Positions 51,730-63,400 of a stretch of DNA of 64,000 bases are shown in pieces. Location: positions 682,001 through 746,000 of the forward strand of contig JALDTO010000251.1 of NCBI GenBank assembly GCA_023515725.1, read 5' to 3'. The position numbers and the translations under genes were made by a program. The notes beneath the pieces were generated by a model. The model searched no databases, was not told the DNA's origin, and was given only the letters and a program-made list of their open reading frames with translations. The stretch's first letter is position 1; each line of letters starts with the position of its first letter. The DNA comes from Amoeboaphelidium protococcarum X5 (lineage: Eukaryota; Fungi; Aphelidiomycota).

Positions 51730-54700
51730 ATGAGTTATGAGCCGGTGCCTGAAAAGTATTTGAAACAGCTTGCTTTAATCATTGAGAAGGACGTTCAACC
51801 TCGATTGGAATAGCTTGAGAATGGTGGTTTGAGTTTCTCTGATTTTATTACTGAAGATGCGTTCTATAAATGGTTGGATAGAGCAGAGTAAAAGAGATAG
51901 AGTCCAAGCTTTGCACCGATTGTGGTGGAATATCTTAGACTCTGGGACAGTAGATATCCTCTCTTATATGAAGAACCGGATGAATCCAAGAATTAAAACT
52001 CCCGTCAGATGAACAATAAAAGGAAACCAGGTGCCGCAACAGAGGTTAATGTTGTGATGCGCCTTGTGCAAGCCCAGGGTCTTCTACCTGATCATAAAGG
52101 ACGGCCACGGAATTGTTTTGCAGTTATTGAATTTTGTGATCATCACGGCTAGTAGTAAAGATATTAGACAGAGCCTGTCCATGATTCTTTATCTCCTAGA
52201 TGGAATTAACAAGTTTCCCTAACAGTCAATGATATATCGTAATCTGTGCTTATCTCTGTTTATAATCACAAGGAGAAGGATAATATTATCACAGGTTAGG
52301 AGGTGAAAGAGGAATTTATGGGTGCTGTAAGGCTGTAATACTCACAAGTGATGAGGGATTGTGCTAAATCTGGATTTTATAGTCAACAGCTCCAGCTTAA
52401 TTCTCAAGATGCTCCTAAAGATAAGTGGAAGTAGCGAGAGGTTAGTGGAAGTATTTTAGTTGAAGTTGAGATGACTGGATTCGCGGATGATCGAGCTTCT
52501 ATTATTCAGCTGACAACTCCTCAATCTTAATAATAATATGAATAAATTTAGAATCAGTCATCATCTGGTCAAGCTAGTAGTAGCAGTGCTAGTAGAGAAC
52601 TTGCTCGTTTGAAATAATTATAACATAAACTGATTAGTGGAAAGATTAATCTCCAATCAATGTATAAGATTGTGCTTGAAGCTTCGATTATAAGAGATCT
52701 CTGCGTGGGTAAAGATAAGCACATATTCGAGTATCCTATTAAGCAGGTTGCCTGGACTTTATCGAAGAAATCACAGGCTGTTCTTGATGAATTTGCCCGA
52801 GTTTGGTTGGTGCCTGCAATATCGCGATTGACCATCTACCTATCTATAGTGTTCTCCTATTACCAAGATTAACGAGTTCACGCTAGAGCACTGTTCCATG
52901 CTTATCATCAATTTTACGAGAGTGTATACAAAAAGGGCAGCACCTGGCTGCCTGAACATGAGAAGCCGATAGTTCTAGAAATGCTGAAGAAGATGGAGGT
53001 TTATACGACTGATCAGATTAAAAATTTTAAGCTATACTTTCCTATAAGTAAGCGAACTAAAGCCTATGATTAGAATACAGTGGAGCATATCCAGGTGTCT
53101 ATAGATTGTATTGTATTACTTACTCGAATGTTGGACAAGAATGAGTTGATATAATCTGACATTAATAGTTCTCCGCAGGTGCAATCTTCTTCTCATAAAA
53201 GAATGGCCGAATATGATTTGAATAGTGGTGACTTTTAAACTATGGACTATGCTAACAATGATAATGATGATCCTTTCGCTAAATTGCGAAAACCGAATCG
53301 TGTCAAGAACGAGTTTAAGTAAGACTAAGTGGAGCTGGCTGCTGCTATATCGGAGCATGATTTCAAAAATGGCAAGTTTCGGTTTACTGAAAAGTTATAT
53401 GGGCTGATCCGCTCAAGCGCTGCAGGAAGATTTCATTAACTGGCTGAGATGGCCATACCGCCATTGACAGGCTCCGAGAATCAGTTGGAGATTGCATTGT
53501 TGAAGGCGCGCGAACTTGCATATCTTCTACTTGACGAGATTGATGAAGATATCCACGTTTACAGTAAGGGATTCAATAATGAGGATAATTTTGATCTAGT
53601 TTCAGTCAATCTGGAGACGTACGTCAAGTTCTTCGTTCTGGAGATGGAGAATCTGAGATCGACTGCAGAAGAGTAGATTAAGCGCCTCGGATAGTTGTCA
53701 CACTTGGCACCATCTGACAGGATAGTTAGTATGGCAAGCGATATGTCTTTGGATGCTCGTCCCGCTTCAGTGTCCACGTAGACATTAAATAATGAGGAGG
53801 AAGTTGTTCAGGTTGGCTTGGAGTTGATGAAATTGATTTCCACAATGTCCAAGTCGTGGCGTAGATTCATGAAAAATAACAAGAGTTTAGAAAAGTCAGC
53901 TTCCGGGTGGTTCGTGATATTTCTGGAACGATATTTAGTTACTGTTGGTCGTTAGATGAACCAGTGGATAGATAATGCTATTGGCGCCGACGATTTTGCC
54001 ACTACGCAGCAGTCAACAGCTGGTCATCATAGTTAAAGTGCACTGGATATTATGACTGCCTTGACTTAGTCTATAACATCAGTGAAGGAGTCCCTGCATT
54101 TGCTCCGCGAAACTGATAGAGTATATGAAGCATAGATACTATCTCGGCTGGCACAAGTTGTATTATAAGGTTTGCAGTATTTTTGTTAAAAACAACTGCA
54201 GAAACTCTAAGCCATGCCATCTGCGTCAGCTTAAGGTTTATCTTCTGTTGTGTGGGATCTATTAGGTAGTAGTAAGAAGGGATCCTCTGACTCCTTGAAT
54301 AGGAGTTAAAAGAAGGAATAGCCGGACAAGTTGTTTGCTTTCATTGTTGGTCTTGCTAATATCGATTACTTGGTCAGAAATCTCAAGACTTTGTATGATT
54401 TATTGGATGGATCCAAGGTGACTGGTATTGTTTCCTATTGGCGTAAAGATAAAGCCAGCAAATCTAGGTCTACCAGTGATGGTCTTAGTGGATTACTACG
54501 AATAGAACTACTATCTCTTAATGATATCAAGCCTCGATCTGGATTGTATGGTACCAGAACCAATCCAGTGGTACTTATTAAAAGTGGAAGCTCTGTTATT
54601 GCATAAACTCAAACTATTCAGAGTGGTAATAATGTCAGATTTACAACTGCCCACCCTCGAAATTTACAAGTCGATAATAGCATCTTTATGCATGGTGGAG

Positions 54701-55404
54701 ATTTTAATTGTCTAATAGCTTAGTGTCCCGCGATAAATTTTTCTGTTTGTCATATGGCTGAGGCTTCAGTGCTTTCCAATGCATCAGAGATTGAACTTGG
54801 ACGTGGCGTTCTTCCTCTCACCTCTGCATTTAAACGCAAGAGGTAACACGCAATTGAAATTAAGCTCGAGCCTTAAGGAAGTATTCTACTTAATGCCTAT
54901 TTGAAAGCTGAGGGAGTTCCATCTGAAGGAGTAAATGCACGATTCGGCGTGGCAGGACTCGATGATTTAGAGTGTCAGTTCTCCACAATGAAGACGGTGT
55001 TGAGTAATAGTAGGTATATGTTGTCCGTCAATTTGTGTCAAGATGTATCGTTACAGCTGTGGCCAAAGATTGTAAAGTCATTTTCTGATCTTGACTTGCT
55101 AGCGGATGCACTGGAATTTTTAAACTCCATCTTTGCACAGCTGTCACAGTATCTACCTGATTAGTCGACTCAGATGATAATTTACGCGATATGGCAGAGG
55201 TGTATTCAGTATCCATTGCTAAGTCATGTTGAGCAGAAAGGTGTTAGTGAGAATGTACAATACGCAGCAGATCAGTTGATGTAATTCGTGCACGCTGATG
55301 GAGAAGGACTCGGTATTCCAAAGAATATTCTCCTTGATTGCTCTTCTTATGACCTGAATGAAGCTGCTAAAGGTGTCAACTTGGGCAGGAAATTGTTTCA
55401 ATGA
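51730..55404 (+). CDS. Munc13/BAIAP3-like protein (C2 - MUN/MHD - C2), about 1224 aa
   Basis: First C2 (VMRLVQAQGLLP..DSLSPRWNQQV), MHD1-like QWIDNAIGADDF..HSQSALDIMTAL, and a second C2-like region near 54490-54900. Confidence 0.7.
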
Positions 55405-55654
55405 TTATTATTACGTGAATTTTTAACATGATTTTGTTATTTCCCTATATCGTCAATGCTTCTCATTTTGATTTTTCTGTATCTAGTACTGAGGAGATAT
55501 CCCCGTTCATTCGTAAGCGTGTTTCTGTTTTGATCTCGACTTGGCTCGCTTTGATCTTTATCTTCACCATTACCACATCGCTATTGTCTTCTCTATACAT
55601 TTATCACCTATAAATAATAATTTAAACTAATTTAGTACTGTCTCAACTCTAATA

Positions 55655-56764
55655 ATGTCCGCTAGATAACAGCGAGAGTTGAGCCTCACCACTTCCATGC
55701 TCATTTAGGTGACATGCCTCTGCCATGGAGTGATTGATTCTGTGAACATATTTAGCTTGTCGCGAATTCTGGTATTACCCATCGTTTAGCATATGGCTAT
55801 GGTTGACTCTAATTAGTTATAGCCGCAAACAGAAGACGGACTGCGGCAACGTTATAAAGTTTGTGTGGAAGTTTGGCGAATTCTTGGCAAGATGTCTATG
55901 GTGAATTTTGCATTCTTTATGGGAAGTGTAATGTTCATGCGAATGACCAACGTGGCAGTGATGAGTCCCGTTGCTCATTAATTGTTCATGTTGGCGTGGG
56001 TGTATCCTTTCTGCTTACTGTCTATGCAATTGAATACGGCCAAATGTCAAGATATCGCCAAGCTTTTACCGGAGTTACATCCACCAGAAGCTGTTAATAC
56101 TAGTCAATAGTCTTCATCAAACTCTGTTAATATAAAGCGCGTCATTTAGAATCAAGTTTAGCGTTTGGTATTTCTCATAGTATCCTTGATCTAGATACAA
56201 GTGTTCTTTTATCTTCCTCGATGGCCCTTTTAATCGCTGCCTCTATTTTAAATTGTATCATTCATCTAGAGTTGCATGTTGTATTCTATGTATGCATTTG
56301 AGCCGTTCTTACCGCAGAAAGTATCATTTGAAGTTGGTAGTACCTAGTCCATCTCTTTTACTCAGATCGTCCGATACTTGGAGTAAAAGTATGCCTACTT
56401 TATTGGATACTCATTCATTCTTACTCTGTTTGTATATCTAAATCTTGATGTCTTGACTGCATATGCTGGATATTGTCTGTTGTAACCATTCTGTCTGATT
56501 TTAGCCTATGCTAGTTAACCGCTGCCTGTCAAATTTGATTTTCCCTCCGCGGACGATAATAATGGGCGTTTATCTGCATTTTATCCACAAACTTGGTCTC
56601 TTGATTCTGAAGGAGACGTTACAGATTGTTAAGCATAGGATACCAAGAGTTATAAGTTGCATTCTTTAGTGTAATATTCTTTACCTGTATTCTACCTCTC
56701 TGAATCTGTTACGAGTCGCGTTATTAACCTCTTATCATCATATCTACGTACAAAGTCTCAGTGA
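55655..56764 (+). CDS. EI24: EI24/EPG-4 family multi-pass membrane protein, 369 aa
   Basis: AWVYPFCLLSMQLNTAKCQDIAK, CMLYSMYAFE and YLEQKYAYFIGYS parallel the EI24 motifs WVLP..LS..VN..WFQDIAD, LYSLYCFEY and IE.NWPYYFGFG. Divergent. Confidence 0.7.
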
Positions 56765-56892
56765 ATAATAAAGCATACTTGACATTAAGACTAAGATCCG
56801 GACTCTGCTTGCATTATGATTGAGTGTAGATTGACTTATTTATAGATCTATTTTTGATATTGATATCTCAGTGAAAACAGTAATAGCTGTGA

Positions 56893-56894
<2 letters not shown>

Positions 56895-56922
<28 letters not shown>
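56895..56922. repeat. (AT)14 microsatellite ending 1 nt before the DUSP start codon
   Basis: Direct reading of the sequence. Confidence 0.95.
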
Positions 56923-56923
<1 letters not shown>

Positions 56924-56925
<2 letters not shown>

Positions 56926-57619
56926 GCCAAAGGTTGAATTAAGATAGTAGCTGTTGGACGCAGCAGCTAAACTCAAAATGAATGAATAAGGCACGGTGGT
57001 CACTGCGATTGATGGATCCCGTCGCGTTGAGGTCAAGTTGCCTGGCACTGGAGAATTTTCATCTAAACAAGTCTTGAATTCAATCGCTGGTAGTAATAAT
57101 AATTCTATCAGTGATGATTAAAGAGAGTAGAAAGATGTCTGGTTCATAGAAGATACAAGCGATGACTCAAGGCCCGCATAGATTCTAGATCATTTGTATG
57201 TTGGATCTGTGGACGCTGCTTTTAATTTGCCATTGTTAGTCAGGCTAAACATTAGACATATAATCAGCGCTATACCGCTCAAGTAGAGTCCATAACATGA
57301 GGATAATGGAATTACTATTACTACAATCAGGATGGATGACGTTGTCGAGCAGTAGTTGAAACACGAGTATATTCAAAAATGTAACGAGATAATATTCGCT
57401 GCGTAAAAGTCTGGCTGCGCAGTGCTTGTGAATTGTTATGCAGGCGTATCGCGCAGTGTAAGTCTTGTGATTGCGCATTTGATTACTGTTCATGATATGG
57501 ACTATGATGGTGCATTAACGCTGGTGAGATCAAAGAGAAAATAGGCCTTACCGAACACTGGATTCTAATTGCAACTGCGATTGCTAAGGTAAACGTTTAG
57601 AGCATCGGATTGTAAATGA
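56924..57619 (+). CDS. Atypical dual-specificity phosphatase, DUSP19-like, 231 aa
   Basis: PAQILDHLYVGSVDAA, VLVNCYAGVSRS, ALTLVRSKRKQALPNTGFQLQL. Confidence 0.9.
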
Positions 57620-57890
57620 AAATTTTACTTTCCATCGATTATACTAGTTTCAATTGCTTTAACTTGATTCCGATTCAATGCGACTTGAATACAGTAATCT
57701 ATAAACTTCATGATAAAATGTTCATTATATAACCGTGTCAAAATCTTCCCATCGCTCGATGCTGGTGATGATGATCGTGACGGTTCATAGGTGGTACTGA
57801 GAATCAAAAACTTTTATCCATTACTTATTCATTAATCACAAATCGAAGTCGCGGTAAGGTTAACTAATTATTTTTTTTAATCCAAGTGCA

Positions 57891-58700
57891 ATGCCCAAAA
57901 TCTTGGATGAATTGTGTAAAGATCCATAAGAAAGGGTCAAATTTGACGCATTAGCCGAGTATTTCCACGAGTTGGATGTCGTGGACTTGATTGAAATTGA
58001 CGACCCTGATGACATGGTTGGTGATGTGCTGCCCTGTCATCGTTTGCTGATGCGAGTCTTTATTAAAAAGTACTTAATTCCGCTGCACCAGCGCTCGACG
58101 TAACCTTTAATACAAAGTAAAGTCGTTACTGTCAATGAGGATGGTATCGTACGTGTCTGTGGTTAGCTAGTTCCAACATTTCTGGCAAGTGCTAGTCAAA
58201 AGCGCATGACAGTACCCAGATTCCATAATTGGCTGGTGGAAGGTAATGATATACCTAAATCCAAACTGAGATTTATCGATATGTCAATGAACAATCTGAT
58301 GTCTTCCGATATGAAGTACATATCTGCTATGGTTGAAGAATTGAGCACTCGTAATTTGATTAATCCATCTGGACTGATTTTGGATTTGTCGTCCAACCGC
58401 GTTCATGGAATTGCACAGTATCGAGAGGAGGTGGATGGAGCCGTTAAGACTATATTAAGTTGTCCCTCTGTGGCATTTCTAGATTTGAGGTCAAATCCAT
58501 TCTCATCTGTAGATCGCAGAGACTATTTCCAAAGCATAACGACAACTTCTCCCGTAGCTTCTAAATTGATCTGGGTTCATGATATTCATCTGCCTACCCA
58601 TGGCTGGCGCGGTCTGGTGCCTGATGACGTGGTCAACGTGGTATTGGAGTCCCACAGTAAGTATTTTGCCTGGAGAAAAGAGAACCATTTATTGAACTGA
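57891..58700 (+). CDS. Hypothetical protein with degenerate leucine-rich repeats, 269 aa
   Basis: LRFIDMSMNNL, LILDLSSNRV, VAFLDLRSNPF. The frame extends upstream from ORF 58206 to ATG 57891 through TAA/TAG. Confidence 0.75.
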
Positions 58701-59394
58701 AACTCCAGTTGTCTGAATAGATCAGCAATCGTATGTATCATTGATCTTTTTTAAATCTTTTTGTTTTCGAACCGGCTATATATCATCTATCTTCACGCTC
58801 ATATACACGCTTTCAGTCCGGTATCTTGTTGGCTATTTATATGTTTTCGCCTTAATGAATTGTCACTGTTCTAACTTCTTTGGGAAATTTTCAACAACTC
58901 AAATAAGCTGAACTTTTGCTTGAGATATCGAGCGCCATCACTTTGGTCAGTATCTATATCCAAAGCAGTGACTTGCTCAAGACAAGGATGAGCTGGGAAC
59001 GCAACTAAATGGTGCAAAGAGGAAACTTTCTGAATACGCAATTATCATTAAAGTAGATGTGGATTGGTCACTGGGCGTTAATACTGTAATCATATCGGCG
59101 CCTCTAAGTCATAATACACTATCGCCGCCCATACATACCTGTTTCAACTATCGCGATCTCAACGCCGCGTCCGTCGTGTCCGTCGTTATGTTGTTTCATA
59201 TCAAACTGAGTGAAGAAAGTAAACGCGCGTCTTCTGTTCCAACATTTCTATTTCACCCTCATACCGCGGTTTATATACTTGCACTTACCTCTGTGTCTCG
59301 CTCCTATTCTGCAATAGCTTGTTATTTTATAACTTGAGATCATATTTCCGTACAACTTACCGCTGTTTTGAATCGCAGAGATTTACAAGTTAGT

Positions 59395-60272
59395 ATGGTT
59401 ACAACTAGGCGTTCCTCCATGATGAGAAAGAACAGTCAGTCTACCGCTGATCGTAATAGTGGTGGCATTGAAGTAGGAAATAGAGAAAATGAAAGCAGAT
59501 AACGTAATATAAAAGCTGTGGATGCGGTTGTTAATTAGGCCAAGAACGAACGGCGAGTCTCTAGAGGAAAGAGGAAAAAGTCTACTCAGAATGACACTAG
59601 TAAAGGCTCTACTCACACTACCGCTGTTGAATAGTAAATTGATGATAATGACTATGATGCTGAAAGTTACAAAAATAAAAAGTGCAAAGGTGATTCTGAT
59701 TAAGCTGAACATGAAGAATAGTAACAATAGGCTGAAGTTGTGAAATAAGGTATTTACTCTTGTCCGACTTCATTGATAGGTTGATGATAATCCTAACCAT
59801 ACGCGTTTGTAGTTGTACCTATACCACCAGCTGATTTTTTGGTGTATGCGGACGTGGATGAGAATATCATTGATCTTATTAGCAAGATCTACTACTCTAA
59901 CAAATATTACTGCGGCGAAGAAGAGTTTCGGTAAGGTTAAATCTATAATATGAGCGTGTTACTTACTCACCCACTTTACTTGATGATACATGACGCCTGT
60001 TCAAGTGTGTAGACACGTGATTATGCCTAAAGAGCTGTATGAGATCATTCCAGATGAGTACAGAGATCGTCTACTGGCAGATGATGAATGGTACCGTCTT
60101 GGTATTCGAATGTCTCCTGGTTGGTAAGAATTATATCACCTCTTTTTTCACATATAGAATATGGGACTTTCATGTTCTCTCACGGCTTTATTTCCATATA
60201 TGTAGGCATCATTATGAATTGCATGAACCAGAACCTCACATATTTCTGTTCCGAAGGCAGCGGACTGGTTGA
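59395..60272 (+). CDS. CKS1: Cyclin-dependent kinase regulatory subunit Cks1/Suc1 with long N-terminal extension, 216 aa, 3 introns
   Basis: IYYSNKY..EFR|HVIMPK..EWYRLGIRMSPGW|HHYELHEPEPHIFLFRR. Introns at 59750-59812, 59931-60012 and 60124-60205. Confidence 0.88.
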
Positions 60273-60440
60273 TCTGTAAAGTTGCTTAATGAAATGAGAT
60301 GCATTGATCAACTCATTTATGATCAATAATAGTGTTTGTCTCGTTGATACTACCATGATGAAAGATAAATATATCCAATTCCATTAAGTTAATTTTTATT
60401 ATTGTCAGCATATTCAACAATATCTAATCTAAACAGCAAT

Positions 60441-63400
60441 TCACTCAGTTTATTCACGACAAAGCAGCATAGTGAGTAATGATAAGCAGCTGATGAGGTC
60501 CGCGACACCTTGTTATCCAGCATCAACTGCACCGTGACTTACTAAAGATCCTAATATGCCACTGTCCATTGCCACACTCAAAGTTGACGCAATCAACTCA
60601 ATTCTCCTAATAAAGCTCTCTAGCAGATGGGGAGGTATATTCTTTAAATCTTCGTGATTATACTCATGGAGAGACGGGGTGAATGACATTTGAGTGGTCG
60701 ATATTTTGAGAGCCGGAATATTGATCAGCTACCTTACTACAGCCAAAGCAGGTTAGTCCATCACTGACTCTCTACCATTCAATTGAGAGTTGTATATGGA
60801 AACTTGTTGCCGGAGAACACGAATCACAGCGTATTCGAGGCGGCAGCATAAGTCATCCAGCTGCTGCCTGAGAACAGTTTCATCTGCAGATACAAACTTT
60901 GGTTCTCCAGGAGCTTAGACAATAGATGAGCCATTCTTATTAAGCTTTTAATTGCTTTCCTCATCGCGATAAAACGATGAAGATCTCTACCTACCAGTTT
61001 TTCTTACACTCCTTGCAGTATTAATCACAGAATTCGGCTCAGTGTCAATGCCTCGATAATGACTTTCGCCGTCATGTTCGCTACCACTTTTCACACTAAT
61101 GTCGACACCATCATCGGCACCACCATCACTAACATGCAACGCGCCTTGTTCATCTTTCTCTTCCACCTCAACAATCTTACCCAGATCCGGAGACTGTGGC
61201 AATTGTGGTTATTCGTTTCCAGAGGGCGGAGGTGGTATACGATGACGAGCCACAATCAGCTTTGGATACACCGACACTAAAGTCTCCGCATTCTCAAATC
61301 CCTTCAGCTTCTTCTCACCAAGAGTTATGAACACAGGATCTAAAGCGGAAACTTGATTCTTTTCTGCAAAACTGGCCCTCAGCTTTATCTGCGCATTGTT
61401 CTCTATCTAATTCTTAGGCATAGAATTCCTAAATTTGCGCCAGGCTTTCTCAACATCAGTACTAACGATAATTTGACCTCCCTCGGCAGCACCACAAATT
61501 CTAGCAGTCTTATTCACCACAGGACCAAAATAATCCATTCTCCTAGTGATAGGATCCAGCTCACAGACAGGTGCACCACAATGTACACCCATCCTTATAC
61601 TCAAACCACGATATAAAAGAGTGTTATTAGCTTCGGGCGCAGAGTTCGACTCAAGATTACCCGGACCAAATAGCTCCTTACCATCATTGCCCTCCAAAAT
61701 ATCCTGTGGCCAATCTGCCTCTAACAACTATAACTGGATGGCAATACACCACTTGAGGGCATCTTATACGTTCTTAAAACTAACCATAAAAGCATCTCCT
61801 TCCGTCTTCACTTCATACCCATTGTAGTAGCGAAGGTTTCTTCTCATGATGTTGTTATGCTCTCGAATCGCCACTCTCATCGCAATAGGTCTCTTCTCCC
61901 AAAGGTAAGTAGAATTCCTAACGTCAGTAAACACAAGAGTCACATTTCCAGTCGGAGGCTCAACTTCGGGAGCGAGACGAGCTATAGCAGAATCGACAGT
62001 CTCATCTTTACGCCGTTTGACTTTCTGGAATACTTTTTTCTATTTACCGCCCAAGTGATCTCTCAGATTAACGACAATCACTGTAAATGGGTCTGTCTTG
62101 CGGTACCTCACCGGCCCTGTAAGACATCCAGTCTCTTCTCTAACACGACGAATGCGCCTCTTCTCATCCGGATACTCAGTATCATCATCCACGACATAAT
62201 TCGCCTCAGTACTATGGGCAAGAGCAAAGTCACGGAGAACCATAGCAGCCTCAAGAGCATCATCTGCTTTCAGTCTAGCGATATCTATAGCAGTCTGAAA
62301 TGATATGGTGTTCCAGAACTCACTAGATGCAATAATCATAAACTCGTCAGCATCATTGAGTTCGGTTGTAGATACATATGGCTAGGCATTAACATGAGGC
62401 AATTGCTCGAACTGACCAAAAGACCGAGTGAGAGTGGCAGAATTCTCAACAACACCATCAGAGGAGACGAAGCCACCGGTCTAGCGAACTCTATGTAACT
62501 CCTTCTTGGACTAAGATGAGAATTTCTACTCAATCTTAGACTGCTGAGCGTCTTGAGCAGCTACATTATCAACCGAGGATTTCGATGCTGAGGTATGAGG
62601 CAAAGTGCCGACCAATTTAGCATAGGAACTCTTATCGGACTTCTCCAACTGAGTACTGCTAATTTCGCCACCAACTTTGATTTTAATGGCCGCTTAAGCA
62701 TTCTGCATCGATACCAGATGGTGCTTCGTAGACAATGGTACCGCATTTCCATTTCTACTCAATACAGCCATTGCATCTCCACAGTTAGCTACAAACAACG
62801 TTGATCCTACCAGATACGCAATCAGGCCAGATATTCCATGCTTAATCAATTTCAAATATGCTTCCTCGCTCAACTCTTCTTCGACACCTGCAGCATCGTC
62901 ATCCATAAACTTGGCCCAATATTCAGACTACTGATCTAATCCATTAGGATTAATAGAAAAGTGACTGACGGCTTTCGCGATATCATCAGCCATAAGGGAG
63001 TTTTCAGAGGACTCGTCGATCGCGCCAATATTACTGTTATTGTTGTCCACTTTAAGTCTATTGCTACCTCCATTATTATTACTAAACGCGTCTATACCAC
63101 TCATCTTGCGTCTAAACTCTTTCAAACTTAACAATCTATTATATCCACCGCCACTACTAGGCTCTCCATGACCATGATCATGAGATTCTGAATGTTTCTT
63201 ACCAGACTTGGACTTTATAGGAATAGGGGCATCGAACGTTACACTAGCCTTCCTACCTCTGGACTTACTAGCGTTCAAATCCTCAGATGTATCTGTTGAC
63301 ACAAGACGCTACTTCTCTTTAGTGTCAACTTTATTCTCGACCGAGTAAGCTAGTCCGCCAAGATGTTTATTAATCAGCAAGAAAGTACGTCTCAAAGCAT

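Noticed and set aside
3643-60205. Excess of introns with length divisible by 3 (10 of 22)
   Set aside because: Not distinguishable from the roughly 7 expected in this sample size.
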